DNA of 64,000 nt from Diadema antillarum. Taxonomy: Eukaryota. Positions 1 to 12,498 of the stretch are shown piece after piece (the stretch's first letter is position 1; every line of letters begins with the position of its first letter). The position numbers were made by a program, and so were the translations under genes. The stretch is taken from assembly GCF_040938485.1 (NCBI RefSeq), contig NW_027271115.1, positions 3,162,001 to 3,226,000 on the forward strand, in the 5' to 3' direction. Under the pieces are notes generated by a model, which was given only the letters and a program-made list of their open reading frames with translations, made no database searches and was not told the DNA's origin.

Positions 1-463
1 GATTGCCTTGTATTTTCATGATGCCTCTGAAGTGTGAAAATACGATGCATGCATGTAAAAACGTGCAAAAAAAAAAACGCAAAAAAAAAATCCTTTCTAA
101 AGAAAAATGAAGCCATGCTAACAGTAGATTGCATGCAGTATATCTCTAGCATGCTGCATGAGCCATGACATGAAGCCATGTCTGGGGCGTAACATCACGC
201 TAGTGCATCACCCTTTACCCCAAATGCAGAACACACTACTTGTCTATGTACAGGGAATCACTGAGTAAAAACATCCAATAATAGATTTGCCTCTTGTTAC
301 TTGTTCTTATTCATTTTGTGAAAGGTGAAGTAACGATTACCATACCTTTGCGACCATGAAATTAACAGAGCTAGTAGCAATTTGTGAGAAAATCTGTACG
401 TGATGCTCTTGAAAATTAAACCAGGAGTAGTAATCAAGTGTTACGCATTCATCTCTCTTTCAG

Positions 464-560
464 ACAAAACCGGATGCAATATGAGAGGAAGGTGAAAGAG
501 CAAGCGCAGAAGTTTGCCCCAGGAGGCGAGTTTTACCAACAACAAAGCACCAAGGCATAG
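464..560 (+). CDS. UBE2I: SUMO-conjugating enzyme UBC9, last coding exon (rest of gene lies upstream of the window)
   Basis: Acceptor ctctctttcag at 463, then phase-2 exon reading xQNRMQYERKVKEQAQKFAPGGEFYQQQSTKA* (TAG 558-560). Matches the UBC9 C-terminal helix [21 protein letters not shown] recalled for human. Confidence 0.8.
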
Positions 561-1396
561 ACCTTGCTGACGCGGTGGGGGACTGCACATGGGCCACGAG
601 ACTCCCCGCCTCTTTTCCAGAGAAAGAAACAGACTCTGTACTCTTGAATGGTGGCGTAATTCACCAGTGCACCTGACTCTTAACGTGAACAAAAGACCTG
701 GTGAGGAAGAGCAACCAATCAAACTTCTGCCTCAAGTTTTTGGCAGTGGCAATGGAGATGCCGACTGTGCGAGAGGGGAGAATCCTACCAGCTGTGTCAC
801 CGCCAAAAAGCTTGTGGAGTTTTGATAGCCATTGCACAGTTTGTAGTTTGCAACTTTGTCCAGTCGCCTACCTTGTCCTTTTCAGTCTGCGTTTCATCAC
901 AACCTATGTTTCGTATTTTACGCTTCTTTGTTCCAAGAAATGGTGGGGGAAAAAAACAGAGAGAGAGAGGAAAATGATGAGAAAGGAGTGTATTTATTCC
1001 AGTTTAACCAAAGCCTAGTATGCTTTTGTTGTCCCCAGAATTAAAGTAAGTTGGTAAGTTGTAGTATTATGCATGTATTGTTGTCAAATAGTTGTGTAAA
1101 CTTCATGAGGTTTTATCCAATTCAAGTGCTGTTGTGAGATTTGGGGGGCTGTAGACCCACCCTTCACACTTGCAGAAATGGCTTGAAGTCACATGGTTGG
1201 CTGTTCACCATATTCACACTCCCGAAATGGCAGTTCTCTCATCACTAAAGGGCAGGATTTATTGAAGCAGCATGGCCTCTCCCGTGTGATTAATGTTTGT
1301 CCTTCAATCTCAACAATTTGTATCACCAATAGGCTTGTTGCCGTAGGAGTGTCAGTAGACTTTATGGTATAAGACCAGTTCCTCGTCAAGAGATAA

Positions 1397-1555
1397 TACT
1401 GTATAAGCTGTTATTTTCGCGTACTGAAATTTTCGCGAATTAACATTTGGAGGCGCACAGTGACATTTTTGCGTGTTGTTAAATTCGCGGACCGACGGTG
1501 ATTCGCGAAATTCTTGAAAATTAAATCTTCGCGAAAATAACAGTTTTATAAAGTA
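1397..1555. mobile_element. MITE with TACTG-type terminal inverted repeats
   Basis: Left tactgtataagctgttattttcgcg pairs with right cgcgaaaataacagttttataaagta. Confidence 0.75.
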
Positions 1556-3909
1556 GTCAGAGTCATTCCTGTGCTACCAGAGTACCCCCTCTGTGTGATT
1601 TTGGACAGAGGGAGCACTCATATTTAGCTCTCCATTACTGACTTATACATGCACATTTATACAAGATCGCTTATGTAATTATACAAATATGGTGTCCTGC
1701 TTTAATCACTCCTCTTTCGCAAGTATGAACGTGCTCCTTGTTTATAAAGGCCATTGAGAACCTATGAGAGGACAAGCTTTGGATTGTTACACATTGTCAG
1801 GGACTGCAGCACTCTGATACAAGTAGACCATGCCACCTCTGTCTCTGTTTTGCTGAATCTGTCGGAAGGCTGCGAATCTTTATCTGCAGATACGTCAATC
1901 AGCATTTATCCCTTGTGAACGGGCATGTCATGCAGTTGCTAGATTCAATGCCAATCTCAGTTGTAGTGACTCTCATTGGACAGTGTGATTGTGTCTCTGA
2001 GGTAGTCTTGTGTATGTTTAGTTTCTATCGAATTATTTGTACAATATCATGTTTCTTTCAATTTCATACACTAATATATGTTTGGGTTGTTTTGTGTGTC
2101 ACATATCTTAAAGAATAACCATTTGCAAATCGTGTCCTTTTACACTATGTGCACATTTGATGAGTAGAAGTGACTGGGGTTAAAACCACAGCATAGTGTG
2201 GCTATATGGATGAATATTCACCGACAAAAGCACTGCAAAAGTGAAATTTAGAGCTGAGCAGTTATAGACAGCGAGAGAGGTAGAAAGAGAGCAAGTGTGA
2301 TACCAGTACTGGAGATGATATTCGAATTTTGGCAGAGTAAAAGAAAATGTGACAGTTTGGACTCGGTCAGCCATCATTCATATTATCCCTCTGGCTTCAT
2401 GGAATGTTTAAACAGGCCTCAAGGTTGTGACACCATTTTGTTGTGTATGCAAAATGTCATTCAGTGTAGACACATTTCCACAAGAATCAATTTATTTATC
2501 ATACTGCTTGAGGTAGATAGTCTGTGGCCACCTGCAAAGATATATTATCTTGATGGTTAATTAGTAGGAGTTATGGTACAACAGATGAAGCAACAACACA
2601 AGGTACAGTGCAGTCCAAAAATAAAGAGGCAATCTCGAAATGGCCAGAAAACACCCATGTTTAAAAAAACAAAACAAAAAAAAACAAACAGACTCATTGA
2701 CCAATAACTACTCATGACAACTGTACTTGTAATTTTTTTTTTCATAAGAATTCTCATATTGTTACCTTTATTTGACTGCATTCATTCAATTGATGTACTT
2801 GTGTTCAATACTTCTTGAAAGTGACTTTTAAGTCTACACTGTCGCCAGAGGTCTCTTGAAATCTTACAAGTTCATGAATGCTGGACATGTTGGTGTAAAT
2901 CATCAATATCCCATCCTCAGAACAGTTAGAGCAGCTTGTCTTTGAACACTGAAAAATCAAGCAAAAGTGAGCTATGAAGGATACAAGTGTATGCCATGAT
3001 AGAACATCAGGACTGCATGCTTTCACCAATGTGTAGAACATTTGTAGAAGAGACCTATTTTGAAATGACAGTTACACATGTACAATGAATGGTCAAAACT
3101 GTATACTACACTTTGTATGTAAGTATAAGTGTGATTTGAATGCCTGTCTCACATACTCTGCCCATTCAAAATACCTACACTCCTTTGTCTAGTGAAGCAC
3201 TAATATGCCAACTTTTAGTCTCAAAACTTTGCAATACAAAAACAGAAAAAAAAAGGATTATGTAAGTAGATGGAATATACTATATCCATTTTTTAGCCAC
3301 TTGTACAGTGTGCTGTGTCATTGGCCAGTGTGTTTCTACCATGTAGAGACCCACATTAACTTTTTTGGGGAGATTATGAGGGAGGGGTATATTGGCGTTC
3401 TTTACTTCTGTTTTGTATTTTTTTCAGTAAAAACATCAAGGAATCTGTCTAGAATTGTAAGAAATTATGTATTTGTTGAAAAACTTCCAGTGTTTCTATG
3501 AAATTTACAGTTGGTACATTTAACTGTATATGCTTGATCTGGCCTCAAATTCCCTGCTAGTGAACACAAAATTCAGACCAGTATTTGAATTTCTGTGTAT
3601 TTCCTGTTCATCGTGACATATTTTTCCAGCCCTAGTGATACAGGATTAAATTTGTCTGTAAATTATTTGTTCTGTGTAAATTGAATGTTTGTGTCTATCA
3701 CGGCTGTTCGCAGTCATCATGTTTCTTTTGGAATGTGTTTTACCCATGACGGCTTCTGTGTGTATTGGATGTGTTGCATTGGATAATCACTTTATGGCTG
3801 ATTAAACAAATAGGCATCATTCAACCAGTGATCCTTGGAAATGTAAGTTATTCTTCCATGATGCTCAAGAGTGTAGCTTGTCAGGTTTAGAGGGCATCCC
3901 TGCCAAAAA

Positions 3910-3943
<34 letters not shown>

Positions 3944-6900
3944 TGTTTGGCCTTGACAATAATGACCTTTTAAAAACAAAATAACAAAGAATTTTCAATC
4001 AATTTATAGATTTTTTTTTTTTTTGGGGGGGGGGGGGTGGGGTGGGAGAATCACTGGATATGTAGTGCCTGCTCTATAAAGTTATATTTTCGGCAAAGTA
4101 TGTCTATGCATAATAATGTTCTGCATTTGAATGACACAGTGTGTTCTGATTCCAATTTCTTATGTTGAATCATGGCACACGTGTTTGATATACACATGTG
4201 GGTATCATGAGCAGGTCCATTGTCATTGGGTTTCTCCCGGTGTCTTAGGTATGCACAGCAAGCTTGAGAAACAGCTTTTCAGAATTATGTGAACCCGTCA
4301 AAATTTTTAACATGTATTTTTTTTTTATTTATTTTTTTTTTTTTTTGTGCAAATGCCCATGTGAATAGGAGAGTAAACAAGTTGTTGGCAAACATTTTCT
4401 ATTGTGGTAGTGTCAATTGTGTTGTTCACTGTGGGCATCACCTTTCTCCTCTTGCAAGTTTCATGGACTTGTGCTTGTGTAACACCTGGCTTGTATTTTC
4501 TCTTCGGTGATCATCGGAATCGTGTATTCTTGTAGGAGATACATTTCTTCACATCTTTTGTGTACAGTGTATATGGGAACATGCTGCAATGAACATGTTG
4601 AGTCACAAGAGTTTTGTGCATTATGTCATGCAAGGATACAAATACTAGAGCGCTCTGGGATGCGTCACGCCGTGTTCTTGTGTTGTTGCGTTCATCTCTC
4701 TCACTGGCAGCACCAAGAGAATGTGCAGACACTTATGGGCCAAAGTCTACACTCAGATGCTCTCATTGAGGAGATTCGAGGAATCTTCCGCTTACCCCGA
4801 CTGAGAAATCTTTTTTTAGTCAGTATTTTGGCAGATTTTCTGTCCGATTTGGTATTGTGTATCATTCATTCGAGTCTCTATGATGCTGATCAAAAGCTCT
4901 TCATTCATCTGCAGATATTATATTTGACTTGATCAGAGTGAAAGGCAACAGAATTCTATATTCTATATTACACACATACACTAAAAGAAAAAACAGTAGG
5001 CAAAGCCAATGTAAATACAGTAGAAAGGTGTAAGTTACCCCAGCAAGGAAGTTATTGATATTAATTAGAACCATTGATATAAAAAGGAATTTAGAAGGAA
5101 TATGCCAAGTATGTTTTGTACCATTTGTAGAAATGGGGTTTGAGTAGTACGCTTTGGAGCAAAGTTACGAGGAAAATGTTTCAGAAGTACATGAAACGAG
5201 GCATTTTATATCACAATTGTGAAGTAGCTAAATTAATGGGACATTGTGTGCATACTGTCCTTTGCTTACATGGCATCAGAGGTGGTGTGATACATGTATT
5301 TAAGTCTACTGGATATCACATCATATGCTCTGCGATACTAGACAAATAGACGGTTTGTGATCCGCTTATCATCAGGAGTTCTTACACGTTAATGTTCTGC
5401 TTTAATGCACTTTTGATTTAACCATTTCTTACTCTGCTATAAATGATTTCCTTGTTTGGGGTAACTTATCCACAAACTACCTGATGTCTAAAGGCCATTT
5501 TACACGATTGTAAATATCCTTAATCTTACTCGCGACAGTAGAGTATAGTTTAGTTGTTGAAGTAGATATGCCACATGGCAGCCATGTCTATGTCTTGTCG
5601 CATGGGCAGTCCTTAAAGACTTGTTTCATGTGGAATCGAAATGCATTGCAAATTCATGTATTACCCCTCTGTGGGTGAACTTATTACAGGAGTAGTAACC
5701 TCAATGCATCGACAGACAGAGGACATGAATTTTTGTAGTGTTGCTGCAGGGTATGTACCCTTTGGGGCAATCCATTATGGTTGTTCTTACAAGTGAAGTT
5801 CATTTAGTTTTGCGTGGTTATTTATTTTATGTAATTTTTTTACCCAGCTCTAAGACAAAACTTCTCGTGGCTGATAAAAAATTTGATAATCTTTTCCTAT
5901 CATATTCCTCAGCATGATCTCACCTTTTTTTGTCCTTCGGATATCCCCAGATATAGTCCCTTTCATTTAGACTTGTACCACTGATGCAAAGTTAAAGAAC
6001 TCTTTGGTCTATTATTCTTGTTTGGCTGTGTTTTGTATTGTGTATAGGTAATTGAAAACCCATGTCCCTAAGATGCAACCAGTTCTGTCCATGTGTGAGC
6101 GGTTTTTGTCCTTCATGGAGATTGCTTGCCTTAACGTAACTTTGTACTTGCCAGGAAAGAGCTGGCGAGTGTTTATGAAAGATTTCTGCAATGCTGATGG
6201 AATGAATGAACACTTACAGCACCATTAGATGGTGGCAACTTTTTCCTGTCTTTGTAAATCATAGATTTTTTCTGTTGCAAACAGAGAGGATTTAACGACT
6301 CATTAATTGCTGTACTTTTCTTTATATCTTTAACTGAGGGTATTGTTTGTGTGTTTTGGGGTGTTTTTTTTTTTTTTTTTTAACCAAACACTTTGGGACT
6401 CCTAGTCTGTTTAAGCTACAGATACATTTTGCAGCCATAAAATTAAAATTAAAGAACAGTTGCCACTCCCAGAAAAAAAGAAAAAAAAAAGTTTCCAATG
6501 AAATGAGAGAAGATAGATGTAAGATTGTTCCCATAGTGAGTTCTGTATGGGTATCTGATGTTGCAAGGCATTCACCAGACCCTATAGCATTATCATTTAA
6601 GATACCCCTGTAGGTTTGTGTTTAAATGGCCTGATGTATTTGGTATTTTCTTTTCGCTCTAGGTGCATGTACATGAGGTCATTGTCCCTAGTGAATTTCC
6701 CATAATTAAGTTTTGTCCAAGATGTGATATCATTTATCTCTCTCAACGCAATTATGCCATCTGTTACTGCAGCAAGAGTTTGAGTTGAGGCAAGCTCATC
6801 ACGAATTTGGTATTTGTAATGCATGGTCGTACACCCGATATGTTGGAAAGAGCCCTCACAAATTGTTTTCTGTTGTTTGTGGACTTGTGATACTTTTGGT

Positions 6901-7136
6901 TTTGTAATAAATTGCCATCAAGAGCAACCAATTACGATACGTAGCAGAAGTTTATATGTGCCTTTTTTGAGTTGTATAGATGAGTGAACAGTCATCAACA
7001 TTATGTTCTACATCTGTCTATCTGTATAACCACGAGGAATTGTACTTTGCTCCCACAACTCCAGAACAATTGTCTTTTATGTATTAACACTGCTGAGCCT
7101 GCTGCATTGAGTAACATGCACACATAGACAAATTAA

Positions 7137-7221
7137 CCCATTGAGGATAGGCTCATTTTGCTACAACACGCATTTCCCATAGACGCTTGCCCGAGTATGC
7201 TCGGGACTCGTCCTCAACGGG
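7137..7221. mobile_element. 85-bp piggyBac-type MITE
   Basis: TTAA on both flanks; TIR CCCATTGAGGA / TCCTCAACGGG. Confidence 0.75.
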
Positions 7222-9316
7222 TTAAGAACATGTGGGAAATAGGGTCATAGGTTTGGGGTATACCTGTAAGTGTCGTAGTTAAGGAGATGTCATAGTTTTG
7301 ATGGCTTTTCATGATGCTCACCCCGGTTACACTATGTGAGGTATGCATCTACTGTTTACATTGTGAGCAAAGCCCTCAAGGACATAGGTCACTGAACTTT
7401 GGCTAATAGTGTAATTTTCCAACCACAACTGGAGCTATTTAGAGGGGGGGGGGGGGGTATGGAGATTATTAAACACCTGTTCACATGCAGTGATCACTGA
7501 TGAGTCAGGTTACAGGTTACTTAATATATTTGCAAAATATGAATTATCAGCTAGAACTGTAGCTATGAATGACCAGGTGCAAAATGTGAAAAAAAAAAAA
7601 AACATGAACGTAATTTGGCATCTATTTGCTTGAGATGAAAGCTCTTTGAAGGAATTATTTACCATTTGCAGATGAAACAAAAACCCACTTTAGTGCTTCA
7701 AAATAGTTCTAAAATGTGAGTTAGGGGTAGAAACAACCAATTTAAAAGTGATAATTAGTATAATCAATGTTAAGTATTGTTAAATTTACAAAATGTGAAC
7801 AATAGTTGTAATAATGTCTCTAGAATAAACCGTCTATACAGTTATAGTTTATTGAGAAAAATTGTGATATCTCCTTATATTTTAGGCCTTATTGCAAAAT
7901 TTGTATGTGGAAGGATGTTTTGTGATACAACTGACCTACACATATGCATCAATGCGATAACTCTAACAAATATTTTATTAATTCACTGCTTCCAATGGTA
8001 AACATACCTTTAAAGGTCAAAGGTCAGTGGTCACTGTGCATTGACTAAGAACCATTTTCAGCTATACCATCAGCTGTGAATGTCCATTGCCACATGAATA
8101 TGTGGTAAAGAAAAGAAGTAGAAATAAAATTGCATTGAAATAAATAACCTTGAAATAGAAAGGTGAGAGGTCACTGAATGCATTATGATAATTATGGTGT
8201 TGTGATTACAATAATGATCATGATATCATAATAACAGTAAGAAATTATTGCTTATTTGTCATTAGAATCAGCAAGCTGTTGTAGAAGCATGAGGTAGTGG
8301 CAGAAGTATATATAGTGACTATAGCAGCTGTAATTCATAGGCCTACATGTATTGATCATAGCTGTTTAAATAGCAGGCCTACATCATCTCATGTATAGTA
8401 CAGGGTACAGAAGATCGACATAATTCATGACTGTACGAGTATCAAAAACAGAATTGATAACCCTAGTCTACCCTGATTGTTTTTTTTAAATACTTTTTCT
8501 TTAACAATCGGATCTGCTGAAACAACAAGAGGTAGAGAATCAGTCAATTCATGCATGAGTATCCATTTTTTTTAGTGGAATAATTTTTCGTATAAATCTT
8601 TGCAACATTTGGTAGATATATACAGACAGGTTCATGTATTTGTTCTTGTTTGTGTGCATTTTTGTGTTTTTTTGGTTTGTTGTTGTTGTTTGTTTGTTAT
8701 TTTGGGTTTACATAGTCACTCCCTTGCCCTACGTGTAGTCCGAAGGCCAGACGTTTATAAAAGAGCAAAAGCATTTATAAACAAACCGACGAAGCCCGCC
8801 ACTCGCTGAGACAATGACAACAATTAACCCAAAGGCAGACATCCCTCTTTACAGGTCATTGCACGGCCAGGTATATTACTTTCTCTTTCTAGCTGATATA
8901 TGCGACGGCACGAAAACTCGAATTATGCAGATTCAGCAAAATTTGATAACAAATTAATTCACGCTACAACAATTGTTTTTAAAAAAATGAAATGTATATT
9001 TCTCTTCTCAACCCGTACTTATTTCATGATACGAAGAAGAAACATATTCATATAAATTTATCTCCGGATAGATAATTTCGGGGTACATATTACAGGAAAA
9101 AAATAGTTTATTGATACTCGTAGGCCTACTACGGTTGTTTCCGCTTTTGCCATGTGTCATGCTTGCAAAAAAACTCAGCCAGCTTCGCGAGCATTGGTTT
9201 TTTGTCGCGACGTGTAACGTTACTGAAGCCCAATTTCGCTGATCCGCACTGCCACTTCCCATATGCGTACAAGACACACTGATCGAATGTATCATCTCTG
9301 GAGTGCAGCGTTGCAC

Positions 9317-9325
9317 GCCACGTCA
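9317..9325 (-). promoter_or_regulatory. UPRE / CREB3-XBP1-type site TGACGTGGC near KDELR start
   Basis: GCCACGTCA on + at 9317-9325, 44 nt before the KDELR ATG, in a CpG-rich stretch. Motif match only. Confidence 0.45.
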
Positions 9326-9368
9326 ACTCAGCCATCTTCTACATTGACACGAAAGAGAGCAGACCACC

Positions 9369-12300
9369 ATGAATATTTTCCGTTTAATTGGGGATTTGTC
9401 CCATCTTCTGGCAATCATATTGCTGTTATGGAAAATATGGAAAACAAGGTCGTGTGCAGGTAAGTAGAAATGCTTCCTCGTCAATTGTTTGTCTCTTTGT
9501 TTCGTGGAGATTTAGTAGTACTTCCAACTTGTCTGAGCTGCCGTCGCTGCGTTGTGCGGCGAATTCTACGTGTTATTGTATGCTATTTTTATGGTTCGAA
9601 AAAAGAAAACGGCATCTCAAATTGTTTGAAAGTATCCCCAATTCCATGGGCCCTTGGCCTTTTGAGTATGAATATTTACCCATCAACAAGTGTATGACGG
9701 TGTTCAGAGGAATAATGTTGTGACTCATATGCTAAATTGTCCTTTACGTGACATATTTCCGATGACATCAATAGAATTAGAAACGTCAAATCATACATGT
9801 GTCCTGTGTACCAAACTCGCGCCGGTATACACCGCCGCGCCGGCCGGTAGCGCGGTACGGCCTCGCCTCGGTCCCGCCGCAGCAGCATGACAGCATGCAG
9901 CATTGGCAGCAGTAGCTAGCGTATAGCGAGAGCTGCCTGGGCCTGGCCTGGCGAGTTTGGGAGCTAGTTACCAATAACATGTTGTACAAAACAAGTCATG
10001 TAGAAGTACCGAGCTGTGCCTACTTAGTTAATAATCATGTTCAGTTCAGTTCAGTTTATTTTCACTCATCATAAAATACATAAAAATACAAAGACACTTG
10101 CAATTACAATTTAACAAACTTAGAAAAAACTTGTTTCTTGTGAATGGAGATCAGCAAAAAGAACTTCAAAGTCTTATGACACATTAACCCTGGAAATATA
10201 AAATATTACATTAAGAAGGACACAAAACACAAACACAGCCATACAATCAATCATAAAAGAAGTAGATAACGTTTCTAAAGTAGCCTTCAGCGTTCAGGTT
10301 CAAACAAGTCAGTAACAGGAAGAATACAAACTCATAAGATGATCTTTATTTGCGCATTTAAAACCATTAAGGAATGGGATATTTTGAAGAAGGAGTGGTA
10401 AACTATTCCAAAGGATTGGACCGTTAAAAAAGATAGTGTTTCCATAAGCATTTGTTCTGACCAAAGGAAGGTCAAAATGACCGGAGTTTCGCGTATGATA
10501 GTCATAAATACAGCACCCTATCGTTATTAGAAAATAATGATATGTAATTTAATTTTTATTATGTAATTTAATTTGTTCTCTATTTGTTGTAGAAAAGGAG
10601 AAGAAACAATAGTCTCTCCGTTGTATAAATGTAATCGTACCCTTGCATGCTCCGTGCCAAGGAGAAGTTATGCGCCTTACTAGTTTTATAGCAGGTGTTC
10701 ATACATTGTGTCTTTTTAACAACAAAAAAAAAGCATTTCTGTTTAAGTATTCTTCAATCACAACAAACTGAGCAGCAGTTTGTCACTGTCCCTGTCAACA
10801 TTTTTGGCAGCAACTATTTAAAATTTGATGTGCGGAGAATTAGGACGCACGAACAAAAATCATCAAAAATTTTACATTGCAGTTCTTTATTGTTGTTGTT
10901 TTATTGTTGTTTTTGTGTCTTTATTCTTAATTGCAGTTTTATCGCAAAATGAGCTAACACCATTCTTCTTAAGTTGAGATATTTGTGCTAAAAAACGGAA
11001 AATATTTTATACAAAGATACAGGATAGTTTTAATAATATCTTGTAGAATATTCCTTGTTATGTCACCAGTGAGGTACTAGTATTACTGGAAAGATTTAAT
11101 TTTGCTCTGTCTGATGATAGACTTTAAAGGACAAGTTCACCTTCATAAACATAAGGATTGAGAGAATGCAACAATATTAGTAGAACACATCAGTGAAAGT
11201 TTGAGGAAAATTGGACAATCGATGCAAAAGTTATGAATTTTTTAAATTTTTGAGTTGGAACCGCTGGATGAGGAGACTACTACAGCTTGTGAGTCATATG
11301 CGTACAACAGTATAAAGAAAAAGTAAAGAAAATTCAACATATTTTCACTTTTTTCGCATAATAAAAGAGCAATGGACTTGCCTCTTTCTAAAGGCAGGGG
11401 GAATAATATTACCCATAACATTTGTCAGTAACGAGTCGGGGGAATGTGAACTTTTTGCAAAAGATGAAATTTTGTGAAATTCTCTTTATATTTTCCTTAT
11501 ATTGTTGTACGCATACACTATGTGACATCTAAGTTATTCACACACTGCAGTAGTCTTCTCATCCAGCGGTTACTGCACAAAAACTTCAAAAATTCACAAC
11601 TTTTGAACGGATTGTCCAATTTTCCTCAAACTTTCAATGATGTGTTCTACTAATATTGCTACATTCTCTCAATCCTTATGTTTATGAAGGTGAACTTGTC
11701 CTTTAAATACTTTCAAATGGGGCTTAGCTCATTTTGCAATAAAACTCTTCATAGGCCCCTATATGCATTTACAATTAGCCAAACACATTGTCTGAAAGAC
11801 ATTGTATTACCTGAAAGTTCCATACAGGATTTCAACAATTCCTCTGGAATTTAGCTTAAACCTGTTAAAATCAACAACCTCTTCTTAACTAGTCTCCATA
11901 TCAGAAATGTGTGGAAGAGTGACTACATGTACTGTAAAACTGTAGGCACATGGAACGTCAAAGCCAGTGGAATGCTATGCATTGAATCATACTATAGAAC
12001 CTACCCATAAATATGCACAAATTGTGAAGATATTCCACTCTATCAGCTCCCTTGTTATTGGCATAAACTTGTTGTACATACAACTACCTGTGCTTCTCTC
12101 CAGTTTGTCTATTTCTCATGCAGGCTAATGCTCCCAGTCACCTTTCATCAGCACTTTAATTTAGTAGAGGCAGTACCATTTATATGCATAAAGTCATACT
12201 CAGTAAATAGTAGGTCTATATAAGTAGACTGTTACTGTGAAGTTTCTGTTGACTGCCAGAAGGTCTTAATGTAACAAATAAGAATAGAATAGGAGAAACA

Positions 12301-12459
12301 TCATGCTAAATACCCAGCCTAACCAATCACTAACTAGAAATCAATAGGGTTGTTTTGGTAAGTTCAGCATCTACATTAACCTGTCCCTTACTATACTGCT
12401 GTGAAATGAGGGAGAGACTGTTTTATGGGTAGGTTCTGCCTGTATCATGTTTGATTTGT

Positions 12460-12498
<39 letters not shown>

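Noticed and set aside
589-825. 78-aa ORF after the UBC9 stop as an alternative exon or readthrough
   Set aside because: Its nearest acceptor gives the wrong phase and the peptide has no E2 similarity; treated as UTR.
4507-4932. 141-aa ORF
   Set aside because: Starts at GTG, has UTR-like composition, no motif or splice support.
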